Of a stretch of 64,000 nt of DNA, positions 35,339 to 46,181 are shown piece by piece (the stretch's first letter is position 1; each line of letters opens with the position of its first letter). A program made the position numbers and the translations under genes. The DNA comes from an uncultured Ignavibacteria bacterium (GTDB taxonomy: Bacteria; Bacteroidota; Ignavibacteria; Tepidaquicellales; OLB5): NCBI GenBank assembly GCA_947084945.1, contig CAMTUP010000009.1, forward strand, positions 334,963-398,962. Direction: 5' to 3'. Below the pieces are notes generated by a model. That model did not search any database. It was not told the origin of the DNA and worked only from the letters and a program-made list of their open reading frames with translations.

Positions 35339-36667
35339 TTGAAAAAAGTATTAGTAATAACACATGATTTTCCACCCATAGGCAAGGGAAGTGTACTTAG
35401 ACCTCTTAAGTTCAGTAAGTATTTCAGAAATTATGGCTGGGAACCTATAATACTGACATCAACGCCAAAGTCATATTACTTCAGGGATAATAGTTTACTT
35501 GATGAAGTAAAAGAGCTTGGGATAAAAGTTTACAGGACAAAAAGCAGCGGTAACAATCTGTTGACAGGTAGAAAGCTTAAAGAACTTCCAAATGAAGGAG
35601 TGCGTAAGCTTAAAAGAAATTCAACCCGATTCAGAAAACAACCGGATGAACATAAATCATGGATATCAAAAGCTGTAACTCTTGGAAAAGAAATAATTGA
35701 ATCGCATAAAATAGAAATTATTTATGCAACAGGACCTTCATTTACTGCTCTAATAGCGGCTGGTGAATTGAAGGAAAAATATAAAATTCCATTAGTAACA
35801 GATTACCAGGATTCATGGCTGCATTCTGCAACTTCATATTATCCTATGGGTTATCATCGTTTAAGGAGCATGAAGATTGAACAGGAAGTTATCAGAGTAA
35901 CAGATGAAATAATAACCACAAACCGCAGGATAAAAGAATACCTGATAGAAGAATATGTCTATCTTAAACACGATGATATTAATATCATTCATCATGGTTT
36001 TGATGAAGATGATTTTAAAAAAGCTTTATCTTATCCTTTACCCGAAAAACCTAAAATGCGATTTACAAGTGTAGGGAATTTCTTTGATCTTATCACACCA
36101 AAATATTTTTTTGAAGGATTAAAGATTGCTTTTGAAAAAAAGCCTGATTTAAGAGGTAAGATTGAAGCATATTTTATTGGAGGTATATCAAGAGAGAATC
36201 TGAAACTGATACAAAAAAATAATATTTCTGATGCAATAGTTAACCCGGGTTATATAGACCACATTGATGCAATAAGATATATGATGGCAAGTGATGTATT
36301 GTGGTTTATGGTAGGAAAAGGAAATGGTGAGGAAGTAGTGGCTCCGGTTAGACTTGCAGAGTATTTCGGTTCCAGAAAACCAATTTTAGCCTGTGTACCT
36401 GATGGTGCTGCTAAACAGCTTTTACGGGGTTATGATGCAATCAGGATATGTGAACCTGATGAGCCGGAAGAAATTGCAAAATTGATTATTGAATTTTATG
36501 AACTCTATAAAAGCAGGATGATGCCTATTGCAAATGAAGAAGTGGTTAGCAAATTTAATGTTGATAAACTTACTTACCAGCTTGTAAGGTATTTTGAATT
36601 TTTGAGAGATATTCCACCTGAATTTGGTATAAAGGGAAAAGAATCTGCTGTGGAAGATAAGTATTAA
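35339..36667 (+). CDS. Glycosyltransferase, GT-B fold (family 4-like)
   Basis: N-terminal KVLVITHDFPPIGKGS and a C-terminal Rossmann-like half (PVRLAEYFGSRKPILAC). TTG start. Confidence 0.55.
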   Translation: MKKVLVITHDFPPIGKGSVLRPLKFSKYFRNYGWEPIILTSTPKSYYFRDNSLLDEVKELGIKVYRTKSSGNNLLTGRKLKELPNEGVRKLKRNSTRFRKQPDEHKSWISKAVTLGKEIIESHKIEIIYATGPSFTALIAAGELKEKYKIPLVTDYQDSWLHSATSYYPMGYHRLRSMKIEQEVIRVTDEIITTNRRIKEYLIEEYVYLKHDDINIIHHGFDEDDFKKALSYPLPEKPKMRFTSVGNFFDLITPKYFFEGLKIAFEKKPDLRGKIEAYFIGGISRENLKLIQKNNISDAIVNPGYIDHIDAIRYMMASDVLWFMVGKGNGEEVVAPVRLAEYFGSRKPILACVPDGAAKQLLRGYDAIRICEPDEPEEIAKLIIEFYELYKSRMMPIANEEVVSKFNVDKLTYQLVRYFEFLRDIPPEFGIKGKESAVEDKY

Positions 36668-36703
36668 ACAAGTCTAGGTTCAGGGGGGATAATAATTCTT
36701 TTA

Positions 36704-37723
36704 TTATTTCTTATTATTCATGCTAGTGTATATTCTTTCGATGATTTCAACTGTTTTCATTCCTTCATAAGCATTTGCCGCAATTGTACCGCCTTTGGTT
36801 AAAACATCCAATACGTTTTCATAAACTTTTTCGTGGTTACTCATCGAGCCCTGGTAGAAGCCGTAATCATTTGCGGGCCTTGATTCCGGTAATCCCTTTA
36901 TTTCATATCCTTCAATTGACTGGTATTCCAGTACATTTAAATACTGTCCGCCAATTTTAACAGTGCCGTTTTCTCCGAATACTGTAATAGAACCTTCCAT
37001 GTTCTGCTTATAGCTGTTCACAGTGTAATTAATTGTGCATAATGCACCACCTGAGAATTCACCAATTACAACACCCGTATCTTCAAATTCTACAATTCCT
37101 TTATGAATATAATTCTTACCAATAGCATCAAGAGTTTTAAAGTCACCAATTAGCCAATAAAGCATATCAATAAAATGGCTGAACTGTGTAAAGAGTGTTC
37201 CTCCATCAATAGCTTTTTTACCTTTCCAGTCTGATTGTTTATAATACTCATCATTCCTGTTCCAGAAGCAGTTCAATTCAACATTAAGTATTTTTCCGAG
37301 TTTTCCCTCATCAATGATTTGTTTTAAAGCTGCAACTGGCGGGTTGAAACGGTTTTGTTTAACAATAAAAAGATCTTTACCAGATATATCAGATTCAATC
37401 ATCATCTTTTTGCACTCAGCAGTACTAATAGCCATAGGTTTTTCGCACAGCACATTTTTGCCTGCTTTTAAGGAAAGTATTGTATGTACTGAATGAAATG
37501 AGTTTGGTGTGCATATAGAAACGACATCAATATCACTAGCTTCATTTAAAAGCGTTTCAATTGATGTGAAATATGGAGCTTTATACTTTTCTGAAAATTC
37601 TATTGCTCTATTGGGTTTTATATCACAAACTGCAGAAAGATTGGCAATATTTCTTATTATTTCAGCGTGTCTCCCAGCTATTCTGCCGCAGCCAATTATA
37701 GCGAAATTTATTTTTTTAAACAA
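36704..37723 (-). CDS. Gfo/Idh/MocA family oxidoreductase
   Basis: N-terminal Rossmann fold FAIIGCGRIAGRHAE and the family EKP motif (VLCEKPMAIS). Confidence 0.85.
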   Translation of the reverse strand: MFKKINFAIIGCGRIAGRHAEIIRNIANLSAVCDIKPNRAIEFSEKYKAPYFTSIETLLNEASDIDVVSICTPNSFHSVHTILSLKAGKNVLCEKPMAISTAECKKMMIESDISGKDLFIVKQNRFNPPVAALKQIIDEGKLGKILNVELNCFWNRNDEYYKQSDWKGKKAIDGGTLFTQFSHFIDMLYWLIGDFKTLDAIGKNYIHKGIVEFEDTGVVIGEFSGGALCTINYTVNSYKQNMEGSITVFGENGTVKIGGQYLNVLEYQSIEGYEIKGLPESRPANDYGFYQGSMSNHEKVYENVLDVLTKGGTIAANAYEGMKTVEIIERIYTSMNNKK

Positions 37724-37922
37724 TAATAGAGTTATTTATATCTATAATATGCAAATATCCCTAAAAAGAAGTAGTATTTCAAGTTAATATGAATTAATAA
37801 AATATTTCATTCAGAAATATTTTCAGCATCTGTTATTTTGATTCTAAAATCTGAATTTATTATAGACCCTGAAAATAAACTTAGAAACTATTCAAGGTTC
37901 AGGGTAACTAGAATATAATGAA

Positions 37923-38828
37923 CTAATTCTCTTCATAACTTAGAGTATTCACCCATCTTATATAATCACTTTCAAATTCTTTTAAGTTTTTACCTGTAAT
38001 TGTTTCTATCTGTTTTTTACCTGTTTTATCTTCATTGTAAGTATCACGAAATAATTTGTAAAATTTCTTAAGTAGGTTTAGTTCCTGCAGGTACATGCAT
38101 AAATATCTTGCTTGAGCATAATTTACATCGCTTCTTATACCATAGAACTCATCCCAGTCAGTTTTTACAAGCACATCGATTGATGTATATGATTTATCTT
38201 TTAATGCATCCTGTAAAGCCGGAAGTCGCCAGTTTACATAACCTAAAATAGTTTTATTATTTAAAGAACACCTTTCATACAAAGAACCCAGTCCTTCGTT
38301 GAACCATGATGGTATTTCAGGAAAATCATACCTCACAAGTGCGTGTGTCATTTCATGTACTAAAGTTCCGGTACCGGTATTGATATTCATCAGCATGGTC
38401 TTATCCGTTGGTTTATAATATCCAAACCTAGATAGGTCATCATCATCATAAAGTTTTTTTGCCCAATAGCGGTAAGTGTCATCATTTTTAAAAAGGAAAA
38501 TTGTTGTGGCTTCATCAGGTCTTACCGAAAAATAATCATTATAAAAACACTCAACAGCTTTATCAATAGTAGTTGTTAGTATATTATTGGTTTGGGTTTC
38601 TGAAAGATTGCTTGCAATAACAAAGTAAGAATGTTCTTTTACAATAAAATCACTTGTTAATTTCTCTTTAAGTTCGTTAATCCGCCCGGAAAAGTTAATT
38701 AAAATGCTATCGTTTTTTCCGGAATTAGCAGGTACTATATAAAGTTTTTTTTGTGATTGTAATTCATCATCGGTACGACAGTTAGAAACTGCAAATACAA
38801 TGATTAAGCAAATTAAAATCTTTTTCAT
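37923..38828 (-). CDS. Lipoprotein with an HExxH metallopeptidase-like motif (DUF1570-like), paralogue B
   Basis: Signal/lipobox FAVSNC, HEMTHALVRYDFPEIPSWFNEGLGSL and YAQARYLCMYLQE. ATG 38828 is preferred. Confidence 0.6.
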   Translation of the reverse strand: MKKILICLIIVFAVSNCRTDDELQSQKKLYIVPANSGKNDSILINFSGRINELKEKLTSDFIVKEHSYFVIASNLSETQTNNILTTTIDKAVECFYNDYFSVRPDEATTIFLFKNDDTYRYWAKKLYDDDDLSRFGYYKPTDKTMLMNINTGTGTLVHEMTHALVRYDFPEIPSWFNEGLGSLYERCSLNNKTILGYVNWRLPALQDALKDKSYTSIDVLVKTDWDEFYGIRSDVNYAQARYLCMYLQELNLLKKFYKLFRDTYNEDKTGKKQIETITGKNLKEFESDYIRWVNTLSYEEN

Positions 38829-39062
38829 TTGATTAATATGTTTTATTTGAAATATATACTTCAATTTACAATAATAGTTTCACTTTAACAAATATTGGTT
38901 AAAAATTGTAATAATTCAGCACTTTTACAAATATTTACACTAACTTAAGGAAAATTTTATCATATTATATAGTAACTATTTTTGGTAATTTTAAATACTT
39001 TAGATTGCTTGAAATAGTGCATTAATTTCATTAACTTAATGAACTAAAAATAAGGGAAATTA

Positions 39063-39758
39063 TTGAAAAAAGATAACTCCAAAATAGAGGCAGATATTAT
39101 TAAACAGGAAACTTTAGATCCCGATCTATTGCATGAAAATGAAGAATTTTCCGAAGGTGAGGATAATCCGTTAGATATGCTGAAACCTGGTGAATTGGAA
39201 GCCAGAAAGAGAGATTTTGAAAAAGAGGCTATTCCTCACATGAAAATTCTATTTAACTATGCTTTAAGAATGTCAGGTAACCAGCTTGAAGCTGATGACC
39301 TGGTACAGGATACCTATATGCGTGCTTTCAGGTTCTTTCACAAGTTTGAGCGCGGAACTAATTGTAAAGCATGGCTGTTCAGGATTATGAAGAATTGCTA
39401 TATAAACAAATATCGCAAGAGCAAGAAAGAGCCTTCAAAAGTTGATTATGAAGATGTAGAGAACTTTTATGATTCAATAAGAGATGATGTAGTTGATCCA
39501 AACGATCTTGAACACAAAGTTTTCAGCAACCTGCTTGATGATGAAATGATGAACGCTTTAAATTCATTGCAGGATGATTACAAAACAGTTGTGATACTTT
39601 GTGACTTAGAAGGATTAAGTTATGAAGAAATAGCCGAATTCGTAGATGTCCCAATAGGGACGGTTAGAAGCCGTCTGCACAGAGGAAGAAAAATTTTACA
39701 GAAAAAACTCAAGGACTATGCAATGTCCAGAGGGTACTCAGTTGAATCAATGGTATAG
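39063..39758 (+). CDS. ECF-type RNA polymerase sigma-70 factor with an acidic N-terminal extension
   Basis: Region 2 is DLVQDTYMRAFRFFHKFERGTNCKAWLFRIMKN. Region 4 HTH is LSYEEIAEFVDVPIGTVRSRLHRGR. Confidence 0.85.
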   Translation: MKKDNSKIEADIIKQETLDPDLLHENEEFSEGEDNPLDMLKPGELEARKRDFEKEAIPHMKILFNYALRMSGNQLEADDLVQDTYMRAFRFFHKFERGTNCKAWLFRIMKNCYINKYRKSKKEPSKVDYEDVENFYDSIRDDVVDPNDLEHKVFSNLLDDEMMNALNSLQDDYKTVVILCDLEGLSYEEIAEFVDVPIGTVRSRLHRGRKILQKKLKDYAMSRGYSVESMV

Positions 39759-39833
39759 GAATAAAAACCCATTTCATAATTATTTAACTGAACAAATCGG
39801 AGAAATTATTATTATCAAAAACCATCAAATATT

Positions 39834-40757
39834 ATGCCTATGGGTCTGAATACTACTACTTTTAACATTGATGAATTAATTACATCATATATAGATAACC
39901 AAATTTCGGATAGTGAGACTAAAAAGCAGATAGAAGAACTTCTTGCAAATAACCAGAAGCTAAATGCCAAATACTGTTCAGAGATATTAACACGAAATTC
40001 GTATAGAACAAGGTTTCCTGAAGTTGAGTTACCCCAAGAAACTTATCAAAGGGTGATCTCATCAATAGATAGCATAATTGCCGGTGCTCAAAAAAAAAAT
40101 ACCACATCTGGCAGTTTAGCAAATACACAAAATGACTTCCCTTCATTTTGGCAATCTCTCAAAGAAGCTTTCACAGAAAAATTTATTGGAGTTCCCCGTT
40201 ATGCATTTGCTATCATAGCATTTGTAATTATCGGAGGGCTTGTTGTATTTTCTGGCGGTAAAAAAACCAAAAATCCTTATATACTCGCAGGCACTGAAAG
40301 CAGCATTATGGTTCAGGCTGTTAAAAGTTTCAATAAGGTACTAAAAGGAGATGTTAAACCTCATTTATCTTCAAGTAATGCAGCAGAGATAGAAAAGTAT
40401 GTTATGGAAAAAGCACACTTTCAGCCCTATGTTCCTGAAATAGAAAACTACCAGCTCTCGGGTGTTGTATGCAATGAGTATCATGGGCATCAATTAGCTC
40501 ATTTACTCTATACAGATGCTAATGGTCAGCTAATTTATATATTGCAGGTACCTAAAACAGCATTACAGAAAAGCGATATGGAACTGCATGAGGATGTTCA
40601 TAAAGAAATTATTAAAGCTAAGTATTATATGTGCGATGAAGTTGATGATAATGACTGCACTATGACATTATGGTTTAAAGAAAACAATCTATGCGCATCA
40701 ATGACTACAATGCCAAAGCAGGAAATGGTTGCCGCATTCATAAGGTTTAATAAATAA
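39834..40757 (+). CDS. Putative anti-sigma factor (single-pass membrane protein)
   Basis: The call rests on position immediately after the ECF sigma gene, plus one TM segment (FAIIAFVIIGGLVVF) separating N- and C-terminal domains. No family motif was recognised. Confidence 0.45.
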   Translation: MPMGLNTTTFNIDELITSYIDNQISDSETKKQIEELLANNQKLNAKYCSEILTRNSYRTRFPEVELPQETYQRVISSIDSIIAGAQKKNTTSGSLANTQNDFPSFWQSLKEAFTEKFIGVPRYAFAIIAFVIIGGLVVFSGGKKTKNPYILAGTESSIMVQAVKSFNKVLKGDVKPHLSSSNAAEIEKYVMEKAHFQPYVPEIENYQLSGVVCNEYHGHQLAHLLYTDANGQLIYILQVPKTALQKSDMELHEDVHKEIIKAKYYMCDEVDDNDCTMTLWFKENNLCASMTTMPKQEMVAAFIRFNK

Positions 40758-40771
40758 TAGTTAAATATAAA

Positions 40772-41383
40772 ATGTATAAGTTATTTTTTGTAGTATTATT
40801 AGCTGCATTTGTTTCTCTGAATTGTTCAAAAAAAAGTGAGACAAATAAAGATGAAAAGCCATCTGAGAAAAAAGAAACTACTCAGCAGAACCAACAGAAC
40901 ACTCAACAGACATCATCAACTCCAAGCTCGTTTGTAGTGAAAGATATAGATGATAATGTGAAGAAAAATGAAATGGTTGATTTTAAGTGGGTAGAAAATG
41001 GTAAGGAAGTAAAACTTTCTGATTTTAAAGGAAAAGTAATTCTTATTAATTTTTGGGCAACATGGTGTCCGCCTTGCAGAAAAGAACTGCCTGACCTTTC
41101 AATAATATCAACTGAATTAAAAGATAAGGATTTCAAAATGATAGGTGTATCAGTAGATGATAACCAGCAAGTTTTGAATAACTTTCTTAAGACAAATAAC
41201 CTGCCATACACTATACTATTTGAGCCAAACGTACTTGTCGCAAAATATATGGATGCAGCCGGACAGAACCAAAATGTAGTGCCGCAGACATACATCATAG
41301 ATAAGAACGGCAAAGTAGTTGAAGCAATTATGGGCGCAAGAAGCAAAGCAGAATTTTTAAGTTTGATAAATAAGTATTTGTAG
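40772..41383 (+). CDS. TlpA/ResA-like thiol:disulfide oxidoreductase lipoprotein
   Basis: Lipobox VSLNC, Q/T-rich linker, thioredoxin motif FWATWCPPCRKELP. Confidence 0.85.
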   Translation: MYKLFFVVLLAAFVSLNCSKKSETNKDEKPSEKKETTQQNQQNTQQTSSTPSSFVVKDIDDNVKKNEMVDFKWVENGKEVKLSDFKGKVILINFWATWCPPCRKELPDLSIISTELKDKDFKMIGVSVDDNQQVLNNFLKTNNLPYTILFEPNVLVAKYMDAAGQNQNVVPQTYIIDKNGKVVEAIMGARSKAEFLSLINKYL

Positions 41384-41402
41384 ATAATTTTTTTAATTTC
41401 AT

Positions 41403-41430
41403 AAAAAAGGGCGTTGTTAAACGCCCTTTT
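41403..41430. terminator. Bidirectional Rho-independent terminator between convergent genes
   Basis: A6-GGGCGTT-gtta-AACGCCC-T4. Confidence 0.75.
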
Positions 41431-41447
41431 GCTTATGATTGAACTTC

Positions 41448-44400
41448 TTATTTTACCAGAACCATCTTCTTACTCTGCACAAATTCGCCAGCCTCTATTT
41501 TATAGAAATATACACCCGATGCTAAACCACTTCCATCAAATGATACTGAATAATTGCCAGCAACTTTAAATTCATTAACAAGTGTTTTAACTAATCTGCC
41601 AAGTATATCGTAAACTTTTAATGTAACATTTACTTGATTAGGCAGCGAATAGTTAATCTTTGTTATAGGATTAAATGGATTCGGATAATTCTGCGATAAA
41701 CTGAATACTTTTGGTATTTCAGTATTACCAGTCAGATTATTTAAATTTTTCATTCTCCCGCGTATTTTTGACATGGCATCTCTTAAACCTGATGGCTTTA
41801 AGTAAGAAAGCTGTCCTGTATAAGAAGGCGCATCACCACTACCTGAGCTTAAAAGAATATATACTTCAATTATACTTATTTCTGCTGGTATAATATCACT
41901 GCTATCCTGAGAGTTCTGTATTACATTTTCGTATTCACCAATAGCATTAACATAAGCCTGCTTTCTGATTAGACATTTTCTTGATAGCTCCATAGCTGTT
42001 TTAGAAAATATCGTATCTGTTGAGTTTTGGTTTGCAAGATTAAGATAGTAGCCATTTAATGTATTATAAGCAGTTGAATCAGCATTCAACCTGTTGTAAC
42101 AATAGAATATCCTGTTCATAGATTGAATTGCCGTAGCGCTATCCTGATAGTTTTGGATTACCTGTTTGAATTTATCTATTCCGCTTTCGAAATTGCCAAG
42201 ATAGACTTCTTTTTGAGCATTACCAAATAATGCCTGATCTTGTGAAATTGTTCCGTTAAATGTTGATACATGAAATGTATCAATCAATCCGTTGCCGTAA
42301 TTTACTATTATTGGCTGTGGAGGATTATAATTTTTGGGTTCATCAATATTTTTGTCGTCAATTATGTCACCTTTTTTTGAACCGCCACCAGGTGGTGTGC
42401 AGCCATAGGGTTCATAAAAAATATCAGTACCTGATATACTGAATTTTGATGGGGCTGGCCGGTCTTCATCCCAGTTATTGCATTGAACAAACCATTGACC
42501 GTCAGGATAATCTGTTCCCGTTATATTGTGAGATAAACCAAATATAGTATTATACCCATAATCAATATCGGGCATTGAATTATCCGAAACATATATACCA
42601 ATACCGCCGGTTCCTCTGTTTCTTAATGTATTTAAACCAGCATCCCAGATTATCCCTGAAAGTCCATCTATCGTTGGTCTAATACGTGGAGAGGATCCGT
42701 TATAGCAGTAAATTGCAGTTTTATCTCCGTAAGTGTTTGAAGCATCAGCAATATTTGATAAAACTGTGGGTGAGCTTTGCGCGTCAAACCAATATGCTGT
42801 CTGGTAACCAGATACACTATTACCAATTAAATGACCGTTATTTACACCGTTTAAAGTAATACCATTTACAGATGTTGAAGCGTAATTTGTTGTAATATTG
42901 CTGTAACGGATATAATATGTACTGTTGGATACCGTAATCGGGTAGTCTGCATTACTTATTGTGTTTTGCGTTACAGTTGAGTTATTACACTGAGAAAGCT
43001 CTATGCCGTGTGAGCCTGATACCTGTGATATATATGTAATATTGTTGCCTTGCAACAGCAGATTATCTGACCACGCTCCAAGTATTGCGTCTGTACCGCT
43101 TGCTCCTATTGACCAAGTACAATATTTTACTGCAACATTCTGCCTGTTTGTAATTTCAATTGGAGAATTAAAAGTGCAGTTATCAATAGTTATTTGAGGC
43201 GGTTCACCTAAAGCTGATGTTGTGCCATTGATAACAACCGGAGTACTAGTATTTGTAAAAGTGCAGTTTTTAAGTGTGCCGAATGCATTACCCTGAAACT
43301 CAATGCCGCCCCAAGTGCCTGATTGAGAAGTGAACGTTACTGCTGCGCCGCTTGAAACATCAATCTGGCCACCATCTTCAACTATTATTTTTTTGCCTAA
43401 AGGCATTTTTATCAAGCATGCATTTAGTATTCTAAGTTTAGCGCCAGGTGCTACTACTATATCATCTTTGACAATCAATCCATCTTCACCGCTATTTAGT
43501 GTCAATTCATTGCTGACATAAATTGGACCCTGAAGATTCACAGAATAAATTCCTCTTCCAAAAGTTGCAACATTTAATGTTAGAGCCGGTTCGTTGAAGT
43601 CAAGTCCTAAAGCTACACTATTCGGCAAACCGGGGGCTAATTGCTTCCATTGCAAGTATTGTACTATACCCCCTTCAATTACATGAAAGACACCTGCATC
43701 AGTTGAAATTATCAATTCCTTCTTGCCATCAGGGATTCTCCTGACAATCATTTGATTTACAGGTATATCAGGCAAACTTACTGAGGAATAAGGGGTCGAA
43801 CTTATGTCATGCCAACTATTACCTCCATTAGTTGACCGATAAACATGACCTGGATTATCAGGTGTAATTGCAGCAAAACCGGATAATGTAAGATAAACGT
43901 AGTTCTCGAATCCTGGTTTTGGATCGGTAGCGATGCTAGTAACGACTCTATTCGGAACACCATTGTTTCTTATTTCTAAATTTACCCAATTTTGACCTCC
44001 ATCTATTGTTTTATAAACCCTACTCACGTCTTCTGTTGTTGTATGCCAATTTTTAGTCGAAACATACATTACTGATGGATTTCTTTCAACAAATGTCAAA
44101 GTCTGAGGAGATTCTCTACCTAGAATATCAACAGTTGTAATCGGGTACACATTTGTATTTGATGGGTCATTATCCCAAGTTTGTCCACCATTTGTTGATA
44201 CATAAAAATCAATTTTTCTATGGTCATCAGCTTGCCTTCTTGCATGATAAAATTTTCCGCCTCCTGGAAATTCTTTTATAACAGCAATCCAGTCCTGATC
44301 GCCATCCCAATAACCGCCAAAAGCATTGTTATCGCTGTTCCAATTCAGCCCGCCGTTTGTTGACCAAAGCATATTTGATCCACATCCACCTAACGGTTCT

Positions 44401-46023
44401 CTATTCATGTTAAGACCCTTACTTCCAACTATTACGCCATTAGTATATTTTGAAAACTGAACATTTGTTCCATCACAATAAGGATCAGTTTCGTCCCATG
44501 CATTCGTCATATCTAACCTTTTACGCATTAATCCGGCATCAGTAACTGCAATGTTTATATTGTTCAAATTGAATGGATTACTTGAAACTCTATAAACTTG
44601 ACTTAACGATAAAGTTCTATTTAAAAATATCCAACAACTTTCAAATGGATCCAAAATATTGTTATTCATAAATAACCCTTGATCACAACCAACAACTACT
44701 TGATTAGGGTATGATGGATTTGGATTAAAATCAATAGAATTAATATCAGTAGCAGGGAAATTTCCACAATTATTTGCTTGGGGATAGGATATACCTCCAT
44801 TTGTTGTTAAAAAAATTGTAGGTGCTCCACCACTTCCAAATCCAACCAATGCAACAGATGGATTATGCGGACTTGCTTTAACATCTATAAAATCTGATGA
44901 CATCATACCATAAGCCCCGTTTATGTATTTATGTTCGCCATATGTAAAACCAAAATCACTTGAAGCAAAACCATAAACCCATTCAAAACCTCTTTCTGCA
45001 TGAACTGCAACAGTAACAACATATACAAAATTCTCATAATCTCTGCAAATTGACATTTGTGTTCTGCCTCTCTGATAATTTGGAACAAGAAGACCGGAAC
45101 TTATAGTTCGATCTTCAAATGATTGTCCACTATTCGTAGAAATCCAATACCCGATACCGCCTCTCTGTGGCGACTCACCTATTGCATAAATGTATTGTCC
45201 ATTATTAGAGATCACAACATCGCTGCATGTACGCTGTAATGTAATATTAGGCGCATGTGCCCAATGTAAGCCCACCATCAGAGCTTTTGTATAAACCACC
45301 ATTTACAGCATCCATACCTAGTGCTAAATATACATCATGATTTGGGCTAACGCTTATTCTGAAAGAACGTGTTAATCTAGGCAAACCCGTGTTGTGAGGT
45401 CCCGTCCAGTCAATACCGCCGTTTGTTGATTTAAACACACCTATCCCATAGAAGTTGTATGCAAAATACATTACACTTCCGCCTGATGCATAATATATTA
45501 TTTGCGGGTTAACAGGGTCTATGCCTATAGCCCCTGCAGATTGTGTTGGTAAGAAATCTGTTACTGGATTAAACATTACATTCAATTCACTGTTTGATAC
45601 TTGCAAGTTTGTTGTTTTCCAAATTCCACCATTATGTCCGGCAATATACAAAACATTGGGGTCATGCTGTCCGGTAATAAACGGCATATATTTGACAGAC
45701 TGTATTCTACCCGAAATAGGTCTAAAATTACCGGGGGTGTAATATGGTCTCGGTCCCAAGCTAACCCAAGAGTTATAAGAAACAAGGTAGTATCCATAGT
45801 TATCTGTCATTTCCTGTTTGTATTGCATTGCTTCAGCCATAGAATTACTTGGTATAGTATCGTACGGAAACGCCCTGTCTTTTAAAAACCAGTTGCCTCT
45901 AATGTTATTAATGTCACCTCCATCGAATTGCTGAGATAGTGCAACATTTAGGCATAGAAATGAATACAACGATACATAAATGATTCGTAATGAAATTGAA
46001 AATAAATAGGTTTTTTCTTTCAA
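41448..46023 (-). pseudogene. Giant T9SS-secreted BNR/sortilin-like propeller + parallel beta-helix protein, split by a 1-nt frameshift near 45263-45264
   Basis: ORFs 45247..46023 and 41448..45302 overlap. Removing one T from ACATTGG restores SSDGGLTWAHAP (BNR SxDxGxTW) and a single 1524-aa frame. SD AGGAGG lies before TTG 46023, a signal peptide is present, and the C-terminus is NYPNPFNPITKINYSLP...GVYFYKI (T9SS CTD). Confidence 0.75.
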
Positions 46024-46181
46024 CTTTTCCTCCTTTTTGACTCAAACTTCAAGTCAATTTTTGTTATTTTTGTAAATGGGCAGATAATAACAGAATCATC
46101 TCTCTTTCTCAAGAGAATTGTAATTATTAAAACGTTTGCCGCGTTTAATTAATGCTGTACCGTCTGCCCTTTATTTTTTTA

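Noticed and set aside
29898-38864. The two inverted HExxH-lipoprotein genes as terminal repeats of a composite transposon.
   Set aside because: The copies are diverged at the protein level and encode no transposase. No terminal inverted repeats or target-site duplications were seen. The arrangement is kept only as a paralogy observation.
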